Origin: Eledone cirrhosa
Lineage: Eukaryota
Assembly (NCBI GenBank): GCA_964016885.1
Contig: OZ024764.1
Span: forward strand, 12,400,001-12,464,000
Length of the DNA stretch: 64,000 nt
Direction of reading: 5' to 3'
The notes below the pieces were generated by a model, which worked only from the letters and a program-made list of their open reading frames with translations, made no database searches and was not told the origin of the DNA. The position numbers and the translations under genes are program-made. Positions within the stretch are counted from its first letter, which is position 1, and each line of letters begins with the position of its first letter. Shown piece by piece: positions 29,192 through 43,535 of this stretch.

Positions 29192-29606
29192 GTATGTGTG
29201 TATATATATATATTAGTGAACACTAATTTGTCCCATAAGGACGACAGCTTTTAACTGTGTATTATGTTAAATTAAATGAATCATTGCATTTTGGATATAT
29301 ATACTATAACTATACAACTGGAGTGTATATATATATATATACATACATATAGATGTGTATGTATGTATAGAAAAAGACATGTATCTGTATATATATATAT
29401 GTATGTGTATATGTATGTCTATATATATATATATGTGTGTGTGTGTGTATACATATACATATATATATATATGTATATATATATGTATGTGTATATGTAT
29501 GTCTATATATATATATGTGTGTGTGTGTGTATACATATACATATATATATATATATGTATATATATGCACTAAATTGTTAAATAGCCATGAAAAGCTCGG
29601 TAAATC

Positions 29607-29646
<40 letters not shown>

Positions 29647-29727
29647 TGTGAGTATGTGTGTGTGTGTGTGTGTATATATACCCACATACGTACATATATC
29701 CTCACACACACACACACACCTGCCACA

Positions 29728-30908
29728 ATACACACACTACACCACACCCCACACCACACACTACACCACACACACCACACCACAGACCACACCACACCAC
29801 ACCACACACTACACCACACACCACACCACACCACAGACCACACCACACCACACACACCACACCACAGACCACACCACACCACACCACACACTACACCACA
29901 CACACCACACCACAGACCACACCACACCACACCACACACTACACCACACACCACACCACAGACCACACCACACACCACTACACACTACACCACACACACC
30001 ACACAACAGACCACACCACACCACACCACACTACACACTACACCACAGACCACACCACAGACCACACCACACCACACCACACACTACACCACACACACCA
30101 CACCACAGACCACACCACACCACACCACACCACACACCACACCACACCACACACTACACCACACCACACACACCACACCACACCACACACTACACCACAC
30201 CACACCACACACACCACACCACACACACCACACCACAGACCACACCACACCACACCACACCACACCACACACTACACCACACCACACCACACACTACACC
30301 ACACACACCACACCACAGACCACACCACACCACACCACACTACACCACACACACCACAGACCACACCACACCACACCACACACTACACCACACACACCAC
30401 ACCACAGACCACACCACACCACACCACACACTACACCACACACCACACCACAGACCACACCACACACCACTACACACTACACCACACACACCACACCACA
30501 GACCACACCACACCACACCACACTACACACTACACCACAGACCACACCACAGACCACACCACACCACACCACACACTACACCACACACACCACACCACAG
30601 ACCACACCACACCACACCACACCACACCACACCACACCACACACCACACCACACCACACACTACACCACACCACACACACCACACCACACCACACACTAC
30701 ACCACACCACACCACACACTACACCACACACACCACACCACAGACCACACCACACCACACCACACTACACCACACACACCACAGACCACACCACACCACA
30801 CCACACTACACCACACACACCACACCACAGACCACACCACACCACACCACACTACACCACACACACCACAGACCACACCACACCACGCCACACACTACAC
30901 CACACACT
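29728..30908. repeat. (CACAC)n pentamer satellite with CAGAC/CTAC variants
   Basis: Directly visible. Confidence 0.95.
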
Positions 30909-31291
30909 ATAACATGTAATAGATCCAGTTATATTTTTAAATTAAAATACCAGACCGACTTATACGGCGGCGACTTTGTGTATATTATAATAAATGTTGT
31001 TGTTGATGTGTATATAACGTAACTATATATATAGACATGGATGTATGTATATACATGTTTATATGTATATATATATATATACATGGATATATGTATGTAT
31101 ATGTATGTATGGATATATGTATGTGTGTATATGTATACATGTATGTATGTATGTATGTATATATACATGTATGTATATATATGGATATATGTATGTATGT
31201 ATATGTATGTATGTTATATGTATGTATATATATATATATATGGATATATGTATGTATGTATATGTATGTTATATGTTTGTATATATGTATG

Positions 31292-31366
<75 letters not shown>

Positions 31367-31375
31367 ATATATGTA

Positions 31376-31651
31376 TGTCCATGTACAGAGGGTACTTGCA
31401 GAAACATGACAACAACATACATAGGCGAGACAGCTCGTAGCATAGGTGAAAGGATAGACTAGCACTGGGGGGAACTAAAAGGACGAAAAAACGGTTCAGT
31501 ACTATACGAACACGCCAGACAACATGGCGGTAACATAGACAACATAGAAATTAAAATAATATCTAAACATAGAAATGACCCAGTAGATAGGCAAATCAGA
31601 GAGGCCAGTGAAATAGAACTCAGAAGGCCAAGGCTAAACAGAAAAAAATGA
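31376..31651 (+). pseudogene. Penelope-like GIY-YIG endonuclease C-terminal fragment
   Basis: [49 protein letters not shown]...DRQIREASEIELRRPRLNRK; in-frame stop at 31460. Confidence 0.85.
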
Positions 31652-32149
31652 ATGGAATAACAACAACACCCAAACAAACAATACTGACCTAAGAGAAATA
31701 TAAATAAACAAATAAATAAATATATACACAAGCACAATAACTACAAACACATATAAACACACACTAGTAAACTAAGATAGAATACAATAACCAAAACACA
31801 GTCACCCAAACGCGAACACACACGCAAACGCATGCGCAGAGAAGACAAAAATAAATAAATAAACAGATTAAATAAAGATGGCGTAGATATACAATATAAC
31901 AGGAAGAACATCATAGCACCGCTGACGATGTTGCAGATGTGCAACCAAAGAACTTTGTTAGACTATATATATGTGTTTGTGTCTATATTATATCTGTATT
32001 TTTGACCGTTGGTCAGTCAATGGTAAACATTGAGGACCGAATAAATTAACTGATATAAAAGATACAGAAGCGAAAACCAACCAAACAGTGAGTGTGTTCT
32101 GTTATTAATTCTGGCAATATTACAACAATATGACCCTCCCCAAGTATAA

Positions 32150-32152
<3 letters not shown>
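31652..32152 (+). mobile_element. 3' UTR/pLTR of the Penelope-like element (family C), HHR core mutated
   Basis: CTGACGA-T-GTTGCA-gatg-TGCAAC-CAAA at 31922; ends TGACCCTCCCCAAGTATAAGAA then (TA)n. Confidence 0.8.
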
Positions 32153-32209
<57 letters not shown>

Positions 32210-32381
32210 ATAAAGACTTTTGATGTATTGAAGGCTTCTTTGTTTTACTTTCATAATTCTTCGGCTCTGTTTAATTACATTGAGCTATACCTTTTACTGT
32301 CATTTCTATAATACGAAGAGGGTGTTTAACTCCAACACGCTCCAGTATTTTAATCCTTATATATATATATATATATATATA

Positions 32382-32485
32382 TAGGAACGAGTAGGTCCTA
32401 CTCGTTTATTACCCACTCTACTACCCTAAGTATTGAATACTTTGGTGCGTTATGGTCCACCTGGTTCCTTACCACATTTCTTCCG

Positions 32486-32489
<4 letters not shown>
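32382..32489 (+). mobile_element. Family B tail fragment
   Basis: AACGAGTAGGTCCTACTCGTT mini-hairpin plus ...CCACATTTCTTCCGTTATA; TA flanks. Confidence 0.7.
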
Positions 32490-32522
<33 letters not shown>

Positions 32523-32527
<5 letters not shown>

Positions 32528-32843
32528 TAATAAGAGGAATTCCAACTTTGTCTGATTTACTCGTTTAATTTACAATCCTTTCAAATTTATAATGGTATTA
32601 TAATGAAATAGTATGATAGAATATTGAATGTTAAGTAGTGACAGTCAAGTCTGCATTGCAAACTTGACTGTCACCACACATTATGAACCTGAAGATTGCG
32701 AAAGCATGAAAGTACTTGTTCAATTAACACTTAGAATTTAATATTCTACCATACTATTTCATTATAATACCATTATAAATTTGAAAGGATTGTAAATAAA
32801 ACGAGTAAATCAGACAAAGTTGGAATTCCCTCTTATTAATATA
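32523..32843. mobile_element. Fold-back element with ~110-bp arms, nested hairpin and HHR in the loop (family E)
   Basis: TATTAATAAGAGGAATTCCAAC.../...GTTGGAATTCCCTCTTATTAATA; inner hairpin GTGACAGTCAAGT...ACTTGACTGTCAC. Confidence 0.8.
32684..32722 (+). ncRNA. Minimal type-I hammerhead ribozyme
   Basis: TGAAC-CTGAAGA-TTGC-gaaa-GCAT-GAAA-GTAC-TT|GTTCA; perfect 5-bp stem I; palindromic stem III. Confidence 0.8.
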
Positions 32844-32875
32844 ATCTTCTATACACAATCATACACACCCGTGTA

Positions 32876-32945
<70 letters not shown>

Positions 32946-33001
32946 AATGTATATATGTATATATATATATAAATGTATATATATATATATATGTATATAT
33001 G

Positions 33002-33056
<55 letters not shown>

Positions 33057-33063
33057 ATATATG

Positions 33064-33116
<53 letters not shown>

Positions 33117-33248
33117 GTGTATATATGTATATATATATATATGTGTGTATAACTTTGAATAACTTTGAAATGTTTTGGCCAGTATTGGCCCAGGCCATGT
33201 CTAACTTAATAGCACCACCTGGCGAAGGTGTATATATGTATATATATG

Positions 33249-33303
<55 letters not shown>

Positions 33304-33358
33304 ATATATGTATATATATATATATATATATGTATGTGTATATATGTATATATATATG

Positions 33359-33439
<81 letters not shown>

Positions 33440-33456
33440 GTATATATGTATATATG

Positions 33457-33537
<81 letters not shown>

Positions 33538-33558
33538 GTATATATATATATGTATATA

Positions 33559-33645
<87 letters not shown>

Positions 33646-33937
33646 TAAATGTATATATTAAGTTATGCACTAAATAGTTATCTAATGTGTCAGGAAAACT
33701 GCACGGTGTAATGGGAGGGAAAATGTCCCTGTTATTTCTAGCGAATTTCTACGACCTCTTGTCAAGTTAGGCAGAGATGTGTTTGGTTGTTATTTCTAGT
33801 TACCTCCCTTCCCAGCCGGTCAGAGAGGCGTTCGTTCAATTGTATTCTTGTATCATTTGATCTTGACTAATGGCGGCTTTTGAACTGTTGTCTTGTTACT
33901 GTATTGAACGCATGTATCTTCTCTCCATGTCAAAATA

Positions 33938-34751
33938 TCCACCACACCACACCACGCTACACCACACTACACCACACCACATACACCACACTATACTATA
34001 CCATACCACACCACACTATACCACACCACACCACACACTATACCATACCACACTATACTACACTACACCACACCACACTACTCCACACTACACCACACCA
34101 TACCATACCACACCACACTACAACACACCATACCACACCACACCACACCACACACTATACCATACCATACCATACCACACTATACTACACTACACCACAC
34201 CACACTATACCACACTACTCCACACCACACTACTTCACACTATACCACGCTACACCACACTACACCATACCACACCACCCCACACACTACACTACACCAC
34301 ACCATACCATACCACACTACACTACACCACACCACACCATACCATACCACACTACACCACACCACACCACACCACACCATACCACACCACATCACACTAT
34401 ACCACGCTACACCACACTACACCATACCACACCACCCCACACACTACACTACACCACACCATACCATACCACACTACACTACACCACACCACACCATACC
34501 ATACCACACTACACCACACCACACCACACCATACCACACCACATCACTCTATACCACGCTACACCACACTACACCATACCACACCACCCCACACACTACA
34601 CCACACCACACCATACCATACCACACTACACCACACCACACCACACCATACCACACCACATCACACTATACCACGCTACACCACACTACACTATACCACA
34701 CCACACCACACCACACCACACCACATTACACCATACCACACCACACCACAC
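33938..34751. repeat. (CACCA/TACCA/CACTA)n pentamer satellite
   Basis: Directly visible. Confidence 0.95.
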
Positions 34752-35314
34752 AGAATTCCCCCACCCTACCAAAAAAACCGTCTGCCGCCTCTGTCCATCA
34801 CCCTGTCTCCACTCGTCAATCTCTCATCTTCGTCTATCTCCGTCTCTCTCCGCCCATCACCGCCACTTTCCGTCACTGTCTATCCTCTCCCTCATCCATC
34901 TCCGGCAATCTCCCCCCCCCCCCTCTCTCTCTCTCTCTCTCACTGCCCACCTCCCAAAGTCCCTTCTTTATCGTCTATCTATCGTCTGTCTACGTTACTC
35001 TCCGTCTGTCTTCGTTCCTCACCGTCGTATTTCTCCGTCACTCACTCTCCCCTCCCCCCCCCCACCTCCCAAGCCCCTTCTTTATCATCTGTTTCTCGTC
35101 TATCTCTCGTCTCTCTCCGTCTCTCTACGTTCCTCTCCGTCGTCTTTCTCCGTCGCTCTCCGTGAGATAGAATGACCACGTACGTGAATGTGTCGTCTGC
35201 ATTCTTCAAATAGGTTTCCATTACCAAGTTATGAAGATTTATAGGGCTCTCTCTCTCTCTCTCACAAGCTATATAAAGATATATATGTGTGTGTATATGT
35301 GTATTTATATATAT

Positions 35315-35357
<43 letters not shown>

Positions 35358-35511
35358 CTAGTATAGTAGCGCGAACTCGCTATCTTGAAGATTCCTTGAC
35401 TTGCTATACGCGCGTGTTTGTAAGTGTGTATGTGTGTATATGTATATAGATATGTATGTAGAATGTGTATGTATGCGTACGTGCATATGCAGGCATACAC
35501 ACACACACACA

Positions 35512-35553
<42 letters not shown>

Positions 35554-35658
35554 TCTACACACGTCTACACACGGTCCACACTACTTTGTCAATGTCACTC
35601 CCGTTACGTTTACCAAAGCAATATGATTTTTGTCAAAGATTAAAGCTGACCTCTTCCA

Positions 35659-35752
<94 letters not shown>

Positions 35753-35846
35753 TACCCTCTCTCTCACACACGCACTCACTCACACACTCTCCCCATCCAC
35801 ACACACACACATACTATCTCTCTCTCCAGATGAAATTCGATACACT

Positions 35847-36376
35847 CACCACCACCACCACTACCACTACCACCACGACCATCACCACCACCACTACCAA
35901 CACTACCACCACCACCACCACCACAACCACCACCACCGCCATCAGACATTTATCACAATTACCAATATCACCACCACCAGCTCCATTGCCACCGCCACCA
36001 CTAACACCACCAACAACACCACAACCACCACTACTACCAACACCACCACCACTACCACCAACACCACCACCACCACTACTACCAACACCACTACTACCAA
36101 CACCACCACCACCACCACCACAGCCACCACTACTACTACCACCACCACCACCACCACCACCACCACAACCACCACTACTACCACCACCACCACCACAACC
36201 ACCACCACCACCACTACTACCACCACCACCACTACTACCACCACCACCACTACTACCACCACCACCAACACTACCACCACAACCACCACCACCAACACTA
36301 CCACCACCACCACCACTACCACCACCACCACCACTACTACCACCACCACTACTACTACCACCACCACCACCACCAC
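35847..36376. repeat. (CAC)n trinucleotide repeat
   Basis: Directly visible. Confidence 0.9.
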
Positions 36377-36774
36377 GCTTCTGTTTATTGGACAAGCATG
36401 GTGGCTGTAACGAAAATTTATAGGTACAGCTTCGCCCCCCCCCCACTCCCTTGTATTTAGGGGGAAGGGTCTCTTCCCCACCCACTTCCCCCCTCACACA
36501 CACCCAACATCATCAGTATCATCACCACTATATATAACGCGATAGACTACACACATACACGTACTACAACACACACACGCACCTACCACAACATGCATAC
36601 ATACACACACGAAAACACTCACTTACCACAACGCATACACAACACACAAACCACAATACACCTACACACACTCCAACACATACACTCACATACCACAATA
36701 GGAAACACACACCTACCATAACACACACACACACCTACCATAACACACACACACACCTACTACAACATAAATTC

Positions 36775-38066
36775 AAATGTTTATAGTATCTTTACTGGTG
36801 GACAGATTGTTGTGAACATTTACAGTATTACAGTAAAGACTTTAATATTTAATGTGATATAGTCATAGTGTTGTTTTGTACTCAATGTTTATAGTATCTT
36901 TACTAGTAGACAGATTGTTGTGAACATTTACAGTATTACAGTAAAGACTTTAATATTTAATGTGATGTAGTCATAGTGTTGTTTTGTACTAAATGTTTAT
37001 AGTATCTTTACTGGTAGACAGATTGTTGTGAACATTTACAGTATTACAGTAAAGACTTTAATATTTAATGTGATGTAGTCATAGTGCTGTTTTGTACTAA
37101 ATGTTTATAGTATCTTTACTGGTAGACAGATTGTTGTGAACATTTACAGTATTACAGTAAAGACTTTAATATTTAATGTGATGTAGTCATAGTGTTGTTT
37201 TGTACTAAATGTTTATAGTATCTTTACTGGTGGACAGATTGTTGTGAACATTTACAGTATTACAGTAAAGACTTTAGTATTTAATGTGATGTAGTCATAG
37301 TGTTGTTTTGTACTAAATGTTTATAGTATCTTTACTGGTAGACAGATTGTTGTGAACATTTACAGTATTACAGTAAAGACTTTAATATTTAATGTGATAT
37401 AGTCATAGTGTTGTTTTGTACTAAATGTTTATAGTATCTTTACTAGTAGACAGATTGTTGTGAACATTTACAGTATTACAGTAAAGACTTTAATATTTAA
37501 TGTGATATAGTCATAGTGTTGTTTTGTACTAAATGTTTATAGTATCTTTACTAGTAGACAGATTGTTGTGAACATTTACAGTATTACAGTAAAGACTTTA
37601 ATATTTAATGTAATGTAGTCATAGTGTTGTTTTGTACTAAATGTTTATAGTATCTTTACTGGTGGACAGATTGTTGTGAAAATTTACAGTATTACAGTAA
37701 AGACTTTAATATTTAATGTGATATAGTCAGTGTTGTTTTGTACTAAATGTTTATAGTATCTTTACTGGTGGACAGATTGTTGTGAAAATGTACAGTATTA
37801 CAGTAAAGACTTTAATATTTAATGTGATGTAGTCATAGTGTTGTTTTGTACTAAATGTTTATAGTATCTTTACTGGTGGACAGATTGTTGTGAAAATTTA
37901 CAGTATTACAGTAAAGACTTTAATATTTAATGTTATGTAGTCATAGTGTTGTTTTGTACTAAATATTTATAGTATCTTTACTGGTAGACAGATTGTTGTG
38001 AACATTTACAGTATTACAGTAAAGACTTTAATATTTAATGTGATGTAGTCATCGTGTTGTTTTGTA
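36775..38066. repeat. 108-bp AT-rich tandem repeat, ~12 copies
   Basis: Period from identical phase at 36781 and 37321 (5 x 108). Confidence 0.97.
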
Positions 38067-38547
38067 ATTTACAAGAATGTAAATGTAGTTTGTTAATTCA
38101 AATGTTTATAGTAAAAATCACATTTAAAATTTGTGGTAGTGTTATTAAGTTAGACATGGCCTGGGCAAATACTGGCCGAAACCTATCAGAGTTATCAAAG
38201 TTTTCATAAAGACTTTAATATTTAATGTTCTACAGTCATAATGCTGTTTTCTACTTTTACAAGAATGTCTTGTTAATGTGCTTCCATGATATATGGGTTG
38301 TATAGGGTGAAGGAAGAATTTGCCACAAAATTTTTAATGTGTCACGCCAAGGCCAAAACAGAACTCCCCATTGTAACTCAGCTGGGATTTATAATTTCTT
38401 CCTCCTGTTTAGATTTTCTCCAATACAAATATTTTGTTGTATTGGTTGTGATTAATTTAGCGGCCATTTTGGTTTTAGGTTCTTGGTTCATTCTTTTAGT
38501 TTTTACTGTAAATAGTTAAGATTATCTTTTGATAAACTTTACATATA

Positions 38548-38643
<96 letters not shown>

Positions 38644-38801
38644 TGTATGTGTGTCTATATAAGTATGTATGTGTATATATATATATATGTATGTATGTAT
38701 ATCTGTATGTATGTATATATATAAATAAATATGTGTGTATAATATATATTGTTTGTTTATTTCCATTTTGTGTTCCAGTCAAGGGGCTGAGGCCATATAT
38801 T

Positions 38802-38882
<81 letters not shown>

Positions 38883-38998
38883 ATGTATGCATATATAATA
38901 TATATATGTATAGGTATAATGCACACAAACATATGCAGACACACGCACACATATATATATATATATATACACACATACAAACATACATACACACATAC

Positions 38999-39029
<31 letters not shown>

Positions 39030-40841
39030 CACATAAATATAGGTGATATGTTTCACTGATTCTCTCTCTCTCTCTCTCTCTCTCCTACACACACCTTCTC
39101 TTCTACTACCACCCTCCCTCTCTTCGCCCCACACCAATCCAGTCTGAATGGCAGGGGTGGGGCGTCATAGAGTGTGTGGGGGGGGGGGCGTAGTAGGGTA
39201 GTAGGGTGTGTGTGGGAGGGGGGGGGGTAGTTAGGTATGAGGTGAAAATCGGTGCAAAACAATTCTAGATAACACGCCAGCCGATAATTACTGTGATGGA
39301 AGTTGGCCCCTGGGTGGGAGGGGGTGTTGGTGGTGGTGGTGGGGGAGGAGGGGTAGTGGTGATGGTGGAGGTGGTGGGAGGGTGGGAGATGGGGGGGAGT
39401 TGGTTGTGGTGGCGGTGGTGGTGGTGGTAGTGGTGATGGAAGATGACCCCTGGGTGGGAGGAGGTGGTGGGGGAGGGGTGTTGGCGGTAGAGTGGGAGAC
39501 GGTGGTGGTGGTGGTAGGGTGGGAGATGGTGATGGTGGTTGTCGTGGTGGGGGAGAGGTGTTGGTGGTAGAGTGGGAGCCGGTGGTGGTGGTGGTGGCGG
39601 TAGGGTGGGAGATGGTGGTGGTGGTGGTGGTGGTGGCGGTAGGGTGGGAGACGGTGGTGGTGATGGAAGTTGTCCCCTGGGTGGGAGGTGGTGGTGGTAG
39701 TGGGGCACTGGAGGAGGAGTACTTGATAGATGACAGGGGTGTGGTCGTCAGGCTCTGGGGTAGGGATGCATGAATTTTTTTTGGTGGCAGTGAGGGATTT
39801 GGTAGAGGTGATGTGTGGTGGGGTGAGGTATAGTTTAGGTTATGTACCTGATGTTGTGGTTAAATATAACAATGTGATGATGGTGGTAGGGTGGGAGATG
39901 GGGGGGGGGGTAGTGGTGGTGGTGGTAGTGGTGGTGGTAGTGGTGGTGGTAAGTAAGGTATTCTTTTTTAAGTTAAATTAAGATACCATCACCATAACTA
40001 TTACCACGACCACCACTACTACTACCATCTATACCACCACCACTACTCCACCCCCCCCCACACACACCCCACCACAACCACCACTACACCACCACTACTA
40101 CTACCATCTATACCACCACCACTACTCCACCCCCCACACACACACCCCACCACAACCACCACTACACCACCACTACCACTACTACCCCACCACTACACCA
40201 CCACTACTACCCCACCACTACACCACCACTACCACTACTACCCCACCACTACCACTACTACCCCACCACCACTACACCACCACCACTACACCACTACGCC
40301 ACCACCACTACGCCACCACCACTACCACTACCACCACTACCACCACTACCACCACTACACCACCACCACTACACCACCACCACCACTACACCACCACTAC
40401 ACCACCACCACACCACCCCACCACCACCACCACCACTACCACTACCACACCACCACCACCACTACACCACCACCACTACCACTACCACCACTACACCACC
40501 ACCTCTACACCACCACCACACCACCACCACTACACCACCACCACCACTACCACTACACCACCACCACCACCACTACACCACCACCACCACTACTACACCA
40601 CCACTGTTTATATAGACAGTGTCATGCAGTGTGTTAGTGTGGGTAATGTACCAACCAACCGAAACCCTCACCCCGTCATTAACCAACTCACGAGGAGCTG
40701 CTTCATTTGCCTCCTTAATGGTTCTTCTGTACAACAACACCCCCAAAGAGCCCCACCCCACCTCATCTCTCACTTGTCTTAATCGCTTTTTTATTCATCA
40801 TCATCATCATCATTAACGCTATTATATATATATATATAAAT

Positions 40842-41180
40842 GGAGGCACAAGGCTTAGTGGTTAGAGCATTGCCTTGCAATCAAAAGGTTGTGAGTTCAA
40901 TTCTCAGACCGGGTGATGTGTTGTGTCCTTGAGCAAGACACTTTACTTCACATTGCTCCAGTTTACTCAGCTGTAGAAATGAGATGATAGGGACTGCGGT
41001 CCCTATCATTCCACTGCAAAGTGGTCGTGGAGGTACCACGGCAAAAAAAGCACCCAGCACTCACTGTAAATGAGGTTGGTGTTAGGGAGGGCATCCAGCT
41101 GTAGAAATCAAGCCAGCATCAGTTCCCATCCCACCCTTGCAAGCAGGGAAAAGCAGACGTAAAATGATGATGATGATGAT
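40842..41180 (+). mobile_element. tRNA-derived CORE-type SINE with RTE-related tail
   Basis: GGCTTAGTGGTTAGAGC...GAGTTCAATTC head; GTGTCCTTGAGCAAGACACTT...CAGCTGTAGAAATG resembles the MIR CORE; (ATG)n tail. Confidence 0.85.
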
Positions 41181-41252
41181 TTACACGTGGTGTATAAATA
41201 ATATCTGGTTACTTTGGCTAACATTTATAAATCATTTTGGTCCTGTTTCCAG

Positions 41253-41329
41253 GTGCTGCCTGTCCTGTAAGACCATATTTTGTGGTTCTCTGCAATTTGA
41301 TATCTATCATGAACAAAGAGACCTAAATG
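41253..41329 (+). CDS. Candidate isolated 77-nt exon, product unknown
   Basis: ttttggtcctgtttccAG|G...AATG|GTAAGT; one open frame, CCLSCKTIFCGSLQFDIYHEQRDLN. Confidence 0.35.
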
Positions 41330-41512
41330 GTAAGTAAATACTTGTTAAATTATAATTATTAATTCATTAATTATCTTATTAATTGTTTATTTATTGTACA
41401 GTCATTAACTGTATATTGTTCTATTATTGGTAGTTAAACTTGACCTTAATGTACCGAAACTGTAGGGATTTCTAGAGGCTGACTTCTTCTTGTCGTGTAA
41501 AGCCACTATATA

Positions 41513-43535
41513 TCATCATCATCATCATTTTCCCTGCTTGCAAGGTTGGGATGGGTCCTATTCAGCACAGCATCTCTCCACTTGTCACGGTCCTTCGTCA
41601 TCTCCCCCGTGAGCTTCAGCGATCTGAGGTCAGCTCTCACCACCTCCGCCCATGTTTTTCCTGGTCTTCCTCTACTGCGTCTTCCTTCTACTGGGATTTC
41701 TTGGCACTTCTTTACCCAGCAGTCATCCTCCATGTACATCACATGTCCATACCATCTCAGTCTTCTCTCCTGCACACCACAACTTATCCCTCTTATACAC
41801 AGCTTCTCTCTCAACACATCACATGTCCATACCATCTCAGTCTTCTCTCCTGCACACCACAACTTATCCCTCTTATACACAGTTTCTCTCTCAACACATC
41901 ACATGTCCATACCATCTCAGTCTTCTCTCCTGCACACCACAACTTATCCCTCTTATACACAGTTTCTCTCTCAACACATCACATGTCCATACCATCTCAG
42001 TCTTCTCTCCTGCACACCACAACTTATCCCTCTTATACACAGTTTCTCTCTCAACACATCACATGTCCATACCATCTCAGTCTTCTCTCCCACACACCAC
42101 AACTTATCCCTCTTATACACAGTTTCTCTCTCAACACATCACATGTCCATACCATCTCAGTCTTCTCTCCTGCACACCACAACTTATCCCTCTTATACAC
42201 AGTTTCTCTCTCAACACATCACATGTCCATACCATCTCAGTCTTCTCTCCCACACACCACAACTTATCCCTCTTATACACAGCTTCTCTCTCAACACATC
42301 ACATGTCCATACCATCTCAGCCTTCTCTCCCACACACCACAACTTATCCCTCTTATACACAGTTTCTCTCTCAACACATCACATGTCCATACCATCTCAG
42401 CCTTCTCTCCCACACACCACAACTTATCCCTCTTATACCCAGTTTCTCTCTCAACACATCACATGTCCATACCATCTCAGTCTTCTCTCCTGCACACCAC
42501 AACTTATCCCTCTTATACACAGTTTCTCTCTCAACACATCACATGTCCATACCATCTCAGTCTTCTCTCCTGCACACCACAACTTATCCCTCTTATACAC
42601 AGTTTCTCTCTCAACACATCACATGTCCATACCATCTCAGTCTTCTCTCCTGCACACCACAACTTATCCCTCTTATACACAGTTTCTCTCTCAACACATC
42701 ACATGTCCATACCATCTCAGTCTTCTCTCCCACACACCACAACTTATCCCTCTTATACACAGCTTCTCTCTCAACACATCACATGTCCATACCATCTCAG
42801 TCTTCTCTCCCACACACCACAACTTATCCCTCTTATACACAGCTTCTCTCTCAACACATCACATGTCCATACCATCTCAGTCTTCTCTCCCACACACCAC
42901 AACTTATCCCTCTTATACACAGTTTCTCTCTCAACTCATCCATGCTTGGTCGTTCACGTACACTGACATTACACATCCAACGGACTTGCTCGCTTCATTT
43001 CTCTCCATCCGTCGCATATCCTCTGCAGTTGCTGTCCATGGCTCATATAACCAGCCTTTCATACGCAGGGAGAAACCCTTCTTTGCCAACAGAGGAAGCA
43101 GCTCCCTAAACTTCTTCCAACCCATCCTTATTCTAGATACTATGGCCTCAGACCCACCCCATGCTAATCTGATCACCTAGGTACCGGAAGCTATCAACCA
43201 CTTCTATAGAACCCACCTGCAAATGAAAAACGTGTCTATCACTGCGAGTTTGCCTGCTATCCCACTACATCTCTTGTGTACCCAAGATCTGCATTGCATA
43301 CATTTTATAGAATTTATGCCAGTTCTTCTCTAAGAACCACTTTTGGAGTTGTCTCACTAAGAAGCAGAGGGCATCTGTTGTACTTTTCCCAGGCACAAAA
43401 CCAAACTGCATCTCATCTAATGTGACCCTTTCTCTAATTAGTTGCGCTAATATTCTCTCTGCCACTTTCATAACCTGATCCATCAGTTTTATGCCCCTAT
43501 AATTGCTCTACTCCAGAGCATCCCCTTTACCTTTT
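41513..43535 (-). mobile_element. RTE-clade LINE relic, internally deleted
   Basis: [17 protein letters not shown]...EMQFGFVPGKSTTDA, FRYLG, SRIRMGWKKFRELLPLL, RRLRWYGHV...GRPGKTW; (ATG)n tail. Confidence 0.9.
41736..42935. repeat. 80-bp x 15 tandem array derived from RTE coding sequence
   Basis: ACATGTCCAT recurs every 80 bp from 41741 to 42861. Confidence 0.97.

Noticed and set aside
36775-38066. CRISPR-like periodicity (also 44428 and 61620)
   Set aside because: Whole units repeat, with no variable spacers
40842-40915. tRNA genes (also 7291, 45400, 47022)
   Set aside because: These are SINE heads with no full cloverleaf, continuing into SINE bodies
41546-43180. 470-544-aa plus-strand ORFs
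   Set aside because: Antisense to the RTE relic and kept open by the 80-bp array
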